A stretch of 64,000 nt of DNA from Desulfatiglandales bacterium (GTDB taxonomy: Bacteria > Desulfobacterota > DSM-4660 > Desulfatiglandales > HGW-15). This document shows, piece after piece, positions 38,081-49,710 of the stretch. Position 1 is the stretch's first letter. Each line of letters begins with the position of its first letter. The notes beneath the pieces were generated by a model. The model was not told where the DNA came from. It searched no databases and saw nothing but the letters and a program-made list of their open reading frames with translations. The translations under genes and the position numbers were made by a program. The stretch spans positions 1 through 64,000 of the forward strand of contig CAXXJJ010000003.1 of the NCBI GenBank assembly GCA_963667015.2, written 5' to 3'.

Positions 38081-39557
38081 TAATAATAAATTTGAATTTC
38101 CTGAAATCGTGAGAACACCATCACGGTTCAGAAACCCGATAGGTAAATATCGTCTGAACAGGACGGATGCATGTACTTCCTGTGGTAAATGCATGGAGAT
38201 ATGTCCCTATGGAGTCCATGTGGAAAAAAGAGGCAAGGTCTATGTTGAGAACCATTATCTTTGTGTTGGTAAAGACTGCCCGAATCCATGTACCGAGGCA
38301 TGCCCTGAAAATGCCCTTTCCCTGAGGCGCAACCCTACTTTTGATACCCTGGGTGACTACAGGTGGACCCCCGATCTTCTTGCCAGCACATGGTATATGA
38401 GTGAATTCGGAGAAGTCCCTCCGGCAGGGCTTAATTACAAAACAGGAAACAGCGGCGGTGGATTTGATAAGCTGCGCATTAAAGTCAAAAAAAATCAGGA
38501 AGAGCCCGAAATAGATGATGACGATATTGATGTAACAGTCGATCTCAATCGCCGTGGTGACAATGCTCACAGGGTTGATATAAAGGTGCCCTTCTATGGC
38601 GGCGGAATGTCATACGGTTCTGTAAGTGTTACAACAATGCTCAGCAGGTTCAAGGCTGCCAAGCTTCTGGGTACCTTTTGCTGTACCGGCGAAGGCGGAT
38701 ATCCAGATGAACTGAAACCATATGACGATCATGTTATAACGCAGGTGGCAACCGGACTTTTCGGTGTCAGGGAGGAGACCATACAGCGTGTTAAGATAGT
38801 GGAATTTAAATATGCACAGGGTGCCAAACCGGGTCTTGGAGGTCATTTACTCGGTGACAAGGTTACCCCCGGTGTCGCGAGGATGCGTGAAGCGGTTGTG
38901 GGTTATCCCCTGTTTTCACCTTTTCCCTTCCACAGTGTTTATTCGGTTGAAGATCATAAAAAGCATGTTGACTGGATAAAGGCGATGAATCCAAAGGCCC
39001 TTGTTTCGGTTAAGGTGTCTACTCCTACTGACGTAGATATGGTGGCTGTAGGAAGTTACTATGCGGGTGCCCATATTATTCACCTCGACGGCAGTTATGG
39101 CGGGACCGGGGCTGCACCAGAGATAGCTAAAAAGAATATAGCAATGCCGCTTGAATATGCTGTGCCCAAGGTGCATCAGTTCCTGACAGATGAAGGTGTA
39201 AGGGATAAAATTACAGTTATCGCGAGCGGTGGAATCAGGACTCCCCATGATCTGGTCAAGATTATAGCGCTGGGCGCAGACGGAATATGTACAGGTACCG
39301 CTGATATGGTTGCCCTTGAGTGTGTGCGCTGTCATAACTGCGAAAGCGGAAGAGGATGTGCGAGAGGTATTGCTACAACCGATGCTGAACTGATGCAGCT
39401 GATGAACAATGACTGGGGTACCCAGCGGGTTGTTAATATGTTCCTGGCCTGGAAAAAAGAAATAAAAAGAATACTCAAACGATTGGGTATGAAGAGTATC
39501 AAGGAACTTGTGGGCAGGACGGATTTGCTTGTTCATTTAGATTATATGAATAAATAA
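38067..39557 (+). CDS. Glutamate synthase FMN-binding subunit (GltB2-like) with ferredoxin domain
   Basis: MSYGS, TGEGG, QVATGLFGV, KYAQGAKPGLGGHL, GGTGAAP, CVRCHNC....C.RGIAT. Confidence 0.92.
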   Translation: MTLSDNNKFEFPEIVRTPSRFRNPIGKYRLNRTDACTSCGKCMEICPYGVHVEKRGKVYVENHYLCVGKDCPNPCTEACPENALSLRRNPTFDTLGDYRWTPDLLASTWYMSEFGEVPPAGLNYKTGNSGGGFDKLRIKVKKNQEEPEIDDDDIDVTVDLNRRGDNAHRVDIKVPFYGGGMSYGSVSVTTMLSRFKAAKLLGTFCCTGEGGYPDELKPYDDHVITQVATGLFGVREETIQRVKIVEFKYAQGAKPGLGGHLLGDKVTPGVARMREAVVGYPLFSPFPFHSVYSVEDHKKHVDWIKAMNPKALVSVKVSTPTDVDMVAVGSYYAGAHIIHLDGSYGGTGAAPEIAKKNIAMPLEYAVPKVHQFLTDEGVRDKITVIASGGIRTPHDLVKIIALGADGICTGTADMVALECVRCHNCESGRGCARGIATTDAELMQLMNNDWGTQRVVNMFLAWKKEIKRILKRLGMKSIKELVGRTDLLVHLDYMNK

Positions 39558-39570
39558 CGGATAGGATAAC

Positions 39571-42207
39571 ATGTCTGATAAAATAATTAATAATATTATT
39601 CGTTCAAGAGAAGAACTCACTTACGATCTACCGGCTAAACATGTGTTTGAAACCGAGGCCGAAGGCGGCTGCGGTGTTACCGGGTTTGCATGCAGTATTC
39701 CGGTAAGGGGTAAGCATATTTTTGAGCCCTCAAAACAGATGCATAACCGCGGAAACGGCCGCGGCGGCGGTATTGCGGCAATGGGTTTTGATCACAACAT
39801 GCTGGGTGTCAGTCCCGAGGTTCTCAAGGAAAGCTATATTCTTCAGATCGCCGTTCTTGAGGATGAGGTTATCAGGGATCTTGAAAATAATTTTATAACC
39901 CCTTTTTTTAATGTGGATTTTTCTGAAAAAATCCCGAGGATTGACGATTATCGAGACGTTCCCGGACTGCTCGTACAGCCACCGGATGTATGGCGGTTTT
40001 TTGTAAGGGTAAAACCTGATGTGCTTAAAGATTTTATATCAAAAAACAGTCTTGAAGCCCTTTCCAGCAGGCAGGCGGAAGATGAATTTGTTTATCAGAA
40101 CAGCACAAAAATTAATACCAGATATTATGATGCAACAGGAAAACAGCAGGCATTTGTTCTTTCTCACGGCCGGAATTTCTTTATCCTGAAGGTTGTCGGT
40201 TATGCAGAAGAGGTTGTCAGGTATTATCAGCTTGACGACTTTAAGGCTAATATATGGATTGCCCACCAGAGGTATCCCACCAAGGGAAGGGTGTGGCATC
40301 CTGCCGGAGCACACCCGTTTATAGGTATGAATGAAGCCCTTGTGCATAATGGTGACTTTGCAAACTATCACTCTGTAAGTGAATACCTGAAACAGCGTAA
40401 CATTTATCCCAGATTTCTTACGGATACGGAAGTATCCGCCCAGCTCTTTGACCTTTACAGCCGGACGTACGGTTATCCTCTTGAGTATGTTATCGAAGCG
40501 CTTGCCCCTACAATGGAAAGAGACTTTGACCAGCTGCCGGTTGAAAAACAGGAAATATACAGGGCTATACAGGCAGCCCATATACATGCCTCACCTGACG
40601 GCCCATGGTTCTTTATTATAGCCAGGAACGATACTGAAAATGACAGGCTTCAACTTATAGGAATTACTGATACTGCCATGTTAAGGCCGCAGGTGTTTGC
40701 CCTTCATGACGGTCAGGTGCAGGTTGGCTTGATATGTTCCGAACAGCAGGCTATTGACGCAACCCTTAAAAGCCTTGCTGACGAAGACCCCAGGATCGGT
40801 ACAGTTGCCGATTTGTACTGGAATGCAAGAGGTGGAAGTTATACAGATGGCGGGTCTTTTATTTTTAATCTTGATAAGACTGATCCGGATTCTACTGAAC
40901 GAAGGATAACATGTGTTGATAAATTTGGACGCGAAATAAAAGTTGAAAAAGAGCAGGTTCCATATCTGCCCGGAAGGGTTTATTATTCATTAGAAGATGA
41001 CAGTAAGGAAAAATTCAATGTATCTAAGTTTTTTGAGCTCCAGCGGCCCGACCTTCTTTTTGATTACATAAAAGAAGGCATACTGAAGTGGGATTATGCT
41101 GATTTTATGGACTGTCTCAAAGAACTCAAACGATGGGCACTCAAGAATGACGCTCATCTTGAGGTTGTTATTGAGGCTCTTACAAAACTGATAGATATGC
41201 GGTATCCGACCGGTGACAAGAAACGTCGCTCAATATTGCAGATGATCAATCATACTCTGGAAAACATATTTAGAAATCTTCCCAGTCTTGAAAATGCTGA
41301 AATTAAAGGTGCCTATAAGTTTATCGACTGGGAAAGCAGACAGTTTTTCAGAGGCCCTGATTATGATGAAAAGGTGCTTGTTATCGATGCATCATTATTC
41401 CCTCCGGAGGGTGATGACCGTGACAGCAGGCTTATGACCGAGGCATATTTCAGGGGATGGCGAAAGTTCATAGTATTTGGCCTAAAAGGACAGCGTTTTC
41501 ATGGATGTGGTCTTGGTCCTGACTCCGATAGCGTAAAAATTGATGTCTATGGAAACTCCGGTGACTATCTTGCTTCAGGAATAGATGGTCTTACAATATG
41601 TGTTCATGGGAATGCCCAGGATCAGGTTGGCCAGATCATGAAGGCAGGTAAACTGGTTGTATATGGTCATACAGGTCAGACATTCATGTATGGAGCCAAG
41701 GGCGGTGAAGTATATATAATGGGAAATGCCGCAGGACGGCCTCTTATTAATGCTGTCGGAAGACCAAGGGTTATTATAAACGGAACTTGTCTTGATTACC
41801 TGGCAGAATCCTTTATGGCTGGAGATCCTCATAATGGCGGAGGATTTGTCATTTTAAACGGCATTGAATTTGATGCAGATGGGAATGTAGTACCTCTGGA
41901 GATTCCATATCCCGGATCAAACCTGTTCTCACTTGCGTCAGGGGGAGCAATTTTTGTAAGAGATCCCCACAGAACAATAGACGAAGAACAACTTAATGGC
42001 GGTGAGGTTTTCGAGCTCGAAGAAAAAGACTGGGAACTGATTCTGCCTTTTCTCAAGGAAAATGAAAGACTTTTTAGTATATCAATAGAAAAAGATCTTT
42101 TAACTGTTAATGGTGTGGTTAAAACCCCATTTGATGTGTATTGCAAGGTTGCACCTAAAAAAGCAGGAGATATTGAGGAAGACGGGCTTGAAGAGTGGGG
42201 AAAATAA
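39571..42207 (+). CDS. Glutamate synthase amidotransferase + GXGXG subunit (GltB1-GltB3-like fusion)
   Basis: GGCGV Ntn cysteine, HQRYPT, AHPF, VHNGD, TDTE; C-terminal YGNSGDY, HGNAQD, GAKGG repeats. Confidence 0.9.
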   Translation: MSDKIINNIIRSREELTYDLPAKHVFETEAEGGCGVTGFACSIPVRGKHIFEPSKQMHNRGNGRGGGIAAMGFDHNMLGVSPEVLKESYILQIAVLEDEVIRDLENNFITPFFNVDFSEKIPRIDDYRDVPGLLVQPPDVWRFFVRVKPDVLKDFISKNSLEALSSRQAEDEFVYQNSTKINTRYYDATGKQQAFVLSHGRNFFILKVVGYAEEVVRYYQLDDFKANIWIAHQRYPTKGRVWHPAGAHPFIGMNEALVHNGDFANYHSVSEYLKQRNIYPRFLTDTEVSAQLFDLYSRTYGYPLEYVIEALAPTMERDFDQLPVEKQEIYRAIQAAHIHASPDGPWFFIIARNDTENDRLQLIGITDTAMLRPQVFALHDGQVQVGLICSEQQAIDATLKSLADEDPRIGTVADLYWNARGGSYTDGGSFIFNLDKTDPDSTERRITCVDKFGREIKVEKEQVPYLPGRVYYSLEDDSKEKFNVSKFFELQRPDLLFDYIKEGILKWDYADFMDCLKELKRWALKNDAHLEVVIEALTKLIDMRYPTGDKKRRSILQMINHTLENIFRNLPSLENAEIKGAYKFIDWESRQFFRGPDYDEKVLVIDASLFPPEGDDRDSRLMTEAYFRGWRKFIVFGLKGQRFHGCGLGPDSDSVKIDVYGNSGDYLASGIDGLTICVHGNAQDQVGQIMKAGKLVVYGHTGQTFMYGAKGGEVYIMGNAAGRPLINAVGRPRVIINGTCLDYLAESFMAGDPHNGGGFVILNGIEFDADGNVVPLEIPYPGSNLFSLASGGAIFVRDPHRTIDEEQLNGGEVFELEEKDWELILPFLKENERLFSISIEKDLLTVNGVVKTPFDVYCKVAPKKAGDIEEDGLEEWGK

Positions 42208-42225
42208 TCTTTTGATCTATACTTG

Positions 42226-42278
42226 AAAAATAATAAGCCCATTAAGTTCAATAAAGAGTCAATGGGCTTATTATTTTT
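42226..42278. terminator. Bidirectional terminator between convergent genes
   Basis: 18-bp IR AAAAATAATAAGCCCATT / AATGGGCTTATTATTTTT. Confidence 0.7.
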
Positions 42279-42308
42279 AGAGAAAGAAAGACTGGGCATC
42301 AAAGGTGT

Positions 42309-42746
<438 letters not shown>

Positions 42747-42974
42747 TCAATAAATTTATTATAACTAACAAATATGATCATAATGGTTAATGCGAAAGCT
42801 TGAAGATAATTTTTTCAGTGGTATGAAACTGAATCTTAAAAAAATATTTTTCAGAAAACCCTGAAAAATATAATTATTCACAAATATTAATCAGGTTTTG
42901 ATTTTAAATTACCCGGTTATGTGTTAATACCTAGCGAAATAATTTTTATGTAACAGGACAGGTCCAGAACAAAT

Positions 42975-44114
42975 ATGAAAGCCTTATTAGCATTAGAAGA
43001 TGGAACCGTTTTTTACGGCCGGTCTTTTACCGGTGGGTGTGAAACTGTTGGTGAAGTTGTTTTCAATACAAGCATGTCAGGATACCAGGAAATCCTTACA
43101 GACCCTTCCTATTGCGGACAGATCGTCAACATGACTTACCCCTTGATCGGCAACTACGGTATAAATCACGAAGATATAGAATCCGCTCGAATTCAGGTCA
43201 AGGCATTAATAGTCAAGGAATACCAGAAGATGCCCAGTAACTGGCGATCCGAGTCTTCCCTTGCCGATTACCTTATAGCCGCTAATATTCCCGGTGTTGA
43301 GGGAATAGACACAAGGGCGCTCACCAGACATATAAGGCTTGAAGGGGCAATGAAAGGGGCGATATCAACAAAGATAACCGACCCGGATCAGTTGATCGAA
43401 GTTGCCAGAAAATCGCCCGATATGAAAGGAGCAGACCTTGTAAAACTTGTAACCTCTACAAAACCCTTGCTGTGGAAAGATGGCAGGGCAACCGAGGTTG
43501 AAGGTGATCTGAAGGATTTTAACTGGCCATCGGACAGCGGAAAATGGCGAGTTGTTGCCATAGACTATGGTGTTAAGTACAATATTCTAAGATCCCTTGA
43601 ACGTAACAACTGCAATATCCTTGTTCTTCCTGCCGGGACAGATTCGGAAACAATCAACATGATAAAACCGGATGGTCTTTTTTTGAGTAATGGTCCGGGT
43701 GATCCTTCTGCTGTCACATATGCAGTTGACACTATAAAGCAGCAGATCGGCAAAAGGCCTATATTCGGTATATGCCTCGGGCACCAGCTTCTTGGGCTGT
43801 CTCTTGGCGGCGAAACATATAAACTCAAGTTCGGTCACAGAGGAGGAAACCAGCCTGTACAGGACCTTCTTACCGGAAAGGTTGAGATAACATCACAGAA
43901 TCATGGATTCTGTCTTGATATGGATTCCCTGAATGATCCTGATATTGAAGTAAGCCATATTAACCTGAATGATAATACAGTTGAAGGTTTAGTCCATAAA
44001 AAGATACCGCTCTTTTCTGTTCAGTATCATCCTGAAGCCTCGCCAGGGCCGCATGATGCAGATTATCTGTTTGAGAGATTTATCAGGTTGATGGAAGAAA
44101 ATAAGGAAAAATAA
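42975..44114 (+). CDS. carA: Carbamoyl-phosphate synthase small subunit
   Basis: GEVVFNTSMSGYQEILTDPSY, LSNGPGDP, GICLGHQ, VQYHPEASPGPHD. Confidence 0.98.
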   Translation: MKALLALEDGTVFYGRSFTGGCETVGEVVFNTSMSGYQEILTDPSYCGQIVNMTYPLIGNYGINHEDIESARIQVKALIVKEYQKMPSNWRSESSLADYLIAANIPGVEGIDTRALTRHIRLEGAMKGAISTKITDPDQLIEVARKSPDMKGADLVKLVTSTKPLLWKDGRATEVEGDLKDFNWPSDSGKWRVVAIDYGVKYNILRSLERNNCNILVLPAGTDSETINMIKPDGLFLSNGPGDPSAVTYAVDTIKQQIGKRPIFGICLGHQLLGLSLGGETYKLKFGHRGGNQPVQDLLTGKVEITSQNHGFCLDMDSLNDPDIEVSHINLNDNTVEGLVHKKIPLFSVQYHPEASPGPHDADYLFERFIRLMEENKEK

Positions 44115-44267
44115 AGATATGGCGTAAGGTGTATGGCGCAGGAAATGACTTCAAACATTAAAACCTTGCATCCTGCGCTGTGAGCCATACGCCGGTTTCT
44201 GAATATAACGATATAAAATATTTAGTTAATTTACTGGAAACTTATATTTACACACTAGAAAAAACTT

Positions 44268-47200
44268 ATGCCAAAAAGAACAGACATTAAAAAGATATTA
44301 ATTATAGGTTCAGGTCCAATCATTATCGGTCAGGCCTGTGAATTTGACTATAGCGGGACCCAGGCCTGTAAGGCCCTGAAAGAGGAAGGTTATGAAGTTG
44401 TTTTAATCAACAGTAATCCTGCGACAATTATGACCGATCCGGAGACAGCTCATCGGACATATATTGAACCCATAACACCTGAGATGGTTGTCAAGGTTAT
44501 TGAAAGGGAAAGACCCCAGGCTATCCTGCCCACACTGGGCGGGCAGACAGGTCTGAATACGGCTGTTAAAGTAGCTGAAACCGGCGTTCTGGAAAGACTC
44601 GGTGTTGAGATGATCGGTGCATCCATACCGGTTATTCAAAAGGCCGAAGACCGCGAGCAGTTCAGGGATGCCATGGAAAGAATCAACCTCAGGGTTCCCA
44701 AAAACGGTATTGTACGAAACATGGATCAGGCCAGGGAAGTTGCCGAGCAGATCGGATATCCCCTCATCATAAGGGCCAGTTTCACACTTGGCGGGATCGG
44801 AAGCGGTGTTGCATACAACAAGGAAGAGATGGAGAGCATTGCCAGCACCGGTCTTGATGCAAGTATGATCAACGAGGTTATTATTGAAGAATCTCTGATT
44901 GGCTGGAAAGAATACGAGCTTGAGGTTATGAGAGACTTCAAGGACAATGTTGTTATCATATGTTCCATTGAAAACTTTGATCCAATGGGAGTGCATACCG
45001 GTGACAGTATAACTGTTGCACCCGCACAGACCCTTACTGACAGGGAATATCAGATGATGCGTGATGCAGCTATTGATATTATCCGTGAGATAGGCGTAGA
45101 AACAGGCGGATCAAATATTCAGTTTGCCATACACCCTGAAAACGGCGAAATGGTAGTAATTGAAATGAATCCCAGGGTTTCCAGAAGTTCTGCTCTTGCA
45201 TCCAAGGCAACAGGTTTCCCGATTGCAAAGATAGCGGCCAAACTGGCAGTGGGATACACCCTTGATGAAATTGCCAATGACATCACCCGTGAAACACGTG
45301 CCTCCTTTGAGCCTACAATTGATTACTGTGTAGTAAAAATCCCCAGATGGACATTTGAGAAATTCCCCGGAGCCCAGGATAGACTTACGACATCAATGAA
45401 GTCTGTGGGTGAAACAATGGCGATCGGGAGAACATTCAAGGAATCACTCCAGAAGGCGATCAGATCCCTTGAGATCGGCCGTTTTGGTCTAGGGTCAGAT
45501 ACCACTGACACTGAGGAAAACCCTGATTTTAATGAGATAGAAGAAGGAATAATAAACCCAAATTCAAGAAGACTTTTCTATATTCGTGAGGCCTTTAAAA
45601 AGGGCCTTACAATTGAAAGAATATACGAATTGTCTGCAATCGATCCGTGGTTTCTTTTCAACCTGAAACAGATCTATGACATGGAAATGAAACTGAAGGA
45701 CATGAGCATCAATAATGTTGATATCATGGACTGGGATAACGATTTTCTCAAGCAGGTAAAGGAATACGGATTTTCTGATGTTCAGCTTGCCACTATCTTT
45801 AAACGGACTGAACAGGAGGTCCGGGAGATACGGAAAATCAAGGGTGTTGAGCCGGTCTATAAACTTGTCGATACATGTGCTGCTGAATTTGAGGCATACA
45901 CACCCTATTATTATTCTACCTATGAACAGGAAAATGAGATAAGAAAAACAGATGGAAAAAAGGTTATTATACTTGGTGGCGGTCCGAACAGGATAGGGCA
46001 GGGTATCGAGTTTGATTACTGCTGTGTCCATGCCTCATTTGCACTTAGAGAGATGGGCATTGAAAGTATTATGATCAACAGTAACCCGGAAACAGTAAGT
46101 ACGGATTATGATATATCTGACAAGCTGTATTTTGAGCCCCTTACCAGGGAGGATGTGCTCAATATAATTGAGCAGGAAAAGCCTGAAGGCCTCATTGTCC
46201 AGTTTGGCGGCCAGACTCCTCTCAATATTGCGGTTCCATTGGAAGAGGCCGGCGCAAAGATTCTTGGTACAAGCCCTGACAGCATTGACCGGGCAGAGGA
46301 CAGGGAAAGATTTCAGATCCTGCTTCAAAAGCTGGATATTCTTCAGCCGCCAAATGGTATAGCTACAAATAAAGATCAGGCGATAAAGATAGCCGAAGAA
46401 ATAGGCTATCCTGTTGTTGTTCGGCCTTCATTTGTTCTTGGCGGAAGGGCAATGGAAATCGTCTATGACAGCAAGGATCTCCAGTATTACATGGAGACCG
46501 CTGTAAAGGTATCTCCCGGAAAGCCGGTTCTGATCGATAAATTTCTTGATCACACTACAGAGGTAGATGTTGATGCCATATCTGATGGCACGGACACTAT
46601 AGTCGGCGGTATCATGGAGCACATTGAAGAAGCAGGGGTTCATTCAGGTGACAGTGCGTGCGTTCTTCCTCCTATTTCCCTGAGCGCCCAGATTATTGAG
46701 CAGCTTAAAATATCTACAAAGGCAATAGCAAAGGAACTGAAAGTAATAGGTTTGATGAATATTCAGTATGCTGTGAAGGATGGAATCATCTATGTGCTTG
46801 AGGTAAATCCGAGGGCATCGAGAACCATCCCCTTTGTAAGCAAGGCTACCGGTGTGCCTCTGGCAAAACTCGCAACAAAGGTTATAATGGGATGCAGTCT
46901 CAAGGAGCTTGGATTGACCGGGGAAGTTATACCGGTTCATGTTTCCTGCAAGGAATCAGTCTTCCCCTTTACAAGGTTCCAGGGTGTTGACACAATTCTT
47001 GGCCCTGAAATGAAATCGACCGGAGAGGTTATGGGTATAGATACTACCTTCGAAATGGCCTTTGCCAAGTCACAGTTTGCAGCCGGGCAGAAGCTTCCCT
47101 TATCCGGAACCGTGTTTGTAAGTGTAAAGGACAGTGATAAGCCTGATGTACTTAAGTCCGTACGTATTCTTAATGAGGTAGGTTTCAGTATTGTTGCGAC

Positions 47201-47501
47201 AAGGGGAACTGCAGGTTTTCTAAGGGAACACGGCATACCGGTAAAAGACGTAAACAAGGTCAGAGAGGGAAGACCCGATATCGTTGATATGATTAAAAAC
47301 GGTGAGATTGCTCTTGTAATAAACACCACAAGCGGCAAGAAGGCCATTTCCGAATCATTTTCCATAAGGCGAAGCGCCCTTGTTCTTGGAATACCCTATA
47401 CAACAACAATAGCCGGTGCAGGAGCAACGGCGCTGGCGATAAAATCGTTGATCGAAGGGAAGCTCGACGTAAAGACCATCCAGGAATATCATAATTTATA
47501 G
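44268..47501 (+). CDS. carB: Carbamoyl-phosphate synthase large subunit
   Basis: [30 protein letters not shown], two ATP-grasp halves, MGS domain. Confidence 0.99.
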   Translation: MPKRTDIKKILIIGSGPIIIGQACEFDYSGTQACKALKEEGYEVVLINSNPATIMTDPETAHRTYIEPITPEMVVKVIERERPQAILPTLGGQTGLNTAVKVAETGVLERLGVEMIGASIPVIQKAEDREQFRDAMERINLRVPKNGIVRNMDQAREVAEQIGYPLIIRASFTLGGIGSGVAYNKEEMESIASTGLDASMINEVIIEESLIGWKEYELEVMRDFKDNVVIICSIENFDPMGVHTGDSITVAPAQTLTDREYQMMRDAAIDIIREIGVETGGSNIQFAIHPENGEMVVIEMNPRVSRSSALASKATGFPIAKIAAKLAVGYTLDEIANDITRETRASFEPTIDYCVVKIPRWTFEKFPGAQDRLTTSMKSVGETMAIGRTFKESLQKAIRSLEIGRFGLGSDTTDTEENPDFNEIEEGIINPNSRRLFYIREAFKKGLTIERIYELSAIDPWFLFNLKQIYDMEMKLKDMSINNVDIMDWDNDFLKQVKEYGFSDVQLATIFKRTEQEVREIRKIKGVEPVYKLVDTCAAEFEAYTPYYYSTYEQENEIRKTDGKKVIILGGGPNRIGQGIEFDYCCVHASFALREMGIESIMINSNPETVSTDYDISDKLYFEPLTREDVLNIIEQEKPEGLIVQFGGQTPLNIAVPLEEAGAKILGTSPDSIDRAEDRERFQILLQKLDILQPPNGIATNKDQAIKIAEEIGYPVVVRPSFVLGGRAMEIVYDSKDLQYYMETAVKVSPGKPVLIDKFLDHTTEVDVDAISDGTDTIVGGIMEHIEEAGVHSGDSACVLPPISLSAQIIEQLKISTKAIAKELKVIGLMNIQYAVKDGIIYVLEVNPRASRTIPFVSKATGVPLAKLATKVIMGCSLKELGLTGEVIPVHVSCKESVFPFTRFQGVDTILGPEMKSTGEVMGIDTTFEMAFAKSQFAAGQKLPLSGTVFVSVKDSDKPDVLKSVRILNEVGFSIVATRGTAGFLREHGIPVKDVNKVREGRPDIVDMIKNGEIALVINTTSGKKAISESFSIRRSALVLGIPYTTTIAGAGATALAIKSLIEGKLDVKTIQEYHNL

Positions 47502-47514
47502 CAAAGAGTTTAGC

Positions 47515-48939
47515 ATGGAATGTTATTGTAATAAAAAAAGTGTTAAGGAAAAACCGGACCGGCCCAAAGACGAATGTGGTATATTTGCTGTTTACCAGCA
47601 TGAAGAAGCTGCCAAGCTTACCTACTTTGGCCTCTATGCTCAGCAGCACAGGGGACAGGAGTGTGCAGGTATTGTTGTGTCGAATGGCGATTGTGTGCTT
47701 GAACACAAGGCAATGGGGCTTGTTCCTGACATATTTAACGATAAAATACTGGAAAGACTTAAAGGAAACATCGCCCTTGGCCATGTAAGATATTCAACTA
47801 CAGGGTCATCAGTTATCGCAAATGCCCAGCCGTTCAGGATCAGACACGCCGGCAAATGCCTTGCAATAGCGCACAATGGCAATCTGGTGAACGCCCACAG
47901 TATCAGAAGTGAACTCGAAGATAACGGCTCCATCTTCCAGACCAGCATGGACAGCGAAATAGTTCTTCATCTTGTAGCAAAATCCCTCAAGCAGGGTCTT
48001 GAAAAGGCTATGGTTAATACAATGGCCAGTATTAAAGGCGCTTATTCTCTTGTCATAATGACAGAAGATACGCTGATCGCAGTACGTGATCCCAACGGGT
48101 TCAGGCCTCTTTGCCTGGGCCGATTGAACGGGGGATACGTAATAGCAAGCGAAACCTGTGCTTTTGATCTTGTCCAGGCAGAGTACATAAGGGATGTTGA
48201 TCCCGGTGAAATACTTATCATTAACAAAGAGGGTCTAAAAAGTGTAAAACCTGAAGCGCCCGAGAGAAAGGCTCACTGTATCTTTGAGCTGATTTACTTT
48301 GCAAGACCTGACAGCAATCTCTTTGGTCAGAATGTATATATGTTCCGGAAAAATCAGGGCAGGTTATTAGCTGAAGAGTTTTCTGTTGATGCAGACCTTG
48401 TTATGCCTTTCCCGGATTCAGGGAACTATGCGGCCATAGGTTTTGCCCAGGCATCAACAATACCCCTTGAGATGGGAGTAATCAGGAACCATTACATCGG
48501 AAGAACCTTTATTCAGCCGTCACAGACCATGCGTGATTTTGGCGTCAAGGTGAAGCTTAATCCTGTAAGGGAGTTATTCAAGGGGAAACGTGTCCTGATT
48601 ATTGAAGACTCCATTATAAGGGGAACAACATCAAGGACAAGAATCCAGACCCTCCGCAAGATAGGTGCAAAAGAAGTGCATATGCTGGTTTCCTGCCCGC
48701 CTCATAAATTTCCATGCCATTATGGTATAGATTTTTCCACAAAGGGTGAACTGATTGCAGCCCAGAAGAGTGTGGATGAAATCAGGGATTTTATAGGTCT
48801 GGACAGTCTTGGCTATCTGAGTATAGATAATGTTGTAAAGGCTACCCATATACCAAGAGAAGATCTCTGTCTTGCATGCTTTGACGGCAACTATCCAGTT
48901 CCGGTTGAGGAAGGGACCGGAAAGTTTTCACTGGAGTGA
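47515..48939 (+). CDS. purF: Amidophosphoribosyltransferase
   Basis: DECGIF, QHRGQE, GHVRYST, CIFELIYFARPDS, EDSIIRGTT. Confidence 0.98.
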   Translation: MECYCNKKSVKEKPDRPKDECGIFAVYQHEEAAKLTYFGLYAQQHRGQECAGIVVSNGDCVLEHKAMGLVPDIFNDKILERLKGNIALGHVRYSTTGSSVIANAQPFRIRHAGKCLAIAHNGNLVNAHSIRSELEDNGSIFQTSMDSEIVLHLVAKSLKQGLEKAMVNTMASIKGAYSLVIMTEDTLIAVRDPNGFRPLCLGRLNGGYVIASETCAFDLVQAEYIRDVDPGEILIINKEGLKSVKPEAPERKAHCIFELIYFARPDSNLFGQNVYMFRKNQGRLLAEEFSVDADLVMPFPDSGNYAAIGFAQASTIPLEMGVIRNHYIGRTFIQPSQTMRDFGVKVKLNPVRELFKGKRVLIIEDSIIRGTTSRTRIQTLRKIGAKEVHMLVSCPPHKFPCHYGIDFSTKGELIAAQKSVDEIRDFIGLDSLGYLSIDNVVKATHIPREDLCLACFDGNYPVPVEEGTGKFSLE

Positions 48940-48943
48940 TTTA

Positions 48944-49672
48944 TCATTCCCACCTTTTAAATATATCCCTGTATATATCAGGCTGAGGAAAGTCCGATTC
49001 CATCATCATCTGCTCATTTGCAAACATGGATTCATTAAAGAATTTCTTTAATCCCTCCATAAACCCATCCAGCTTTGACGCAGGTATGGAAAAAATCATT
49101 TCGCCAGCCTGTGTGAGTGCCCGCACATATTCACCAGGGTCGGGCAGGGTGATTGCATATTTATTGTGCAGGATAGGCGATGTGACTGACCAGGCGCAGG
49201 AGAACGGGAAAAAACTGGAAATAATTCCGGGGCGATCCGATTCATCAATTGAAAGAAGCATACTCCTGAGCTGATTTGTATCGCAGTATATCATTACCAG
49301 ATCAGGCACAAAGGATGCTGCTTTAAGGGGTGCTGTTAATATTCCGATGTATTTGCTGTATTCAAAGCCCTCATAGTTATTGCCTGCATTTGGATCAGGA
49401 GATTCAGGTGGCGGAACGAACCCATAGGCCATAACCGGTCCGGGACACCAGCTGTCTTCCTTCGTCATGGCAACAGTGAGTTTGTCTCGTCTGGAGAGTG
49501 CAAAGGCCTGGCACTGGGCGTAATGTTTATTCTGGTCTCTTTCAGGCCTAAGGGCTTCATCAGGAATATCGGTTTCTTTCTTCAGCATTTTTAGGGCTAT
49601 TGGTGATGTTTGAAGACACAGTAAAGATTCCAGTTTTTGTCCATACACTTTGCAGTCTTTTATATCCGGCAT
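48944..49672 (-). CDS. DUF169-family protein
   Basis: L.LQTSPIALK, CQAF..SRR, DSWCP, PDLVMIY...QL, FSCA, EMIFSIP. Confidence 0.75.
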   Translation of the reverse strand: MPDIKDCKVYGQKLESLLCLQTSPIALKMLKKETDIPDEALRPERDQNKHYAQCQAFALSRRDKLTVAMTKEDSWCPGPVMAYGFVPPPESPDPNAGNNYEGFEYSKYIGILTAPLKAASFVPDLVMIYCDTNQLRSMLLSIDESDRPGIISSFFPFSCAWSVTSPILHNKYAITLPDPGEYVRALTQAGEMIFSIPASKLDGFMEGLKKFFNESMFANEQMMMESDFPQPDIYRDIFKRWE

Positions 49673-49710
49673 TTAATTTCCTTATAAGGCGATCGATTAA
49701 AAGAATAAAA

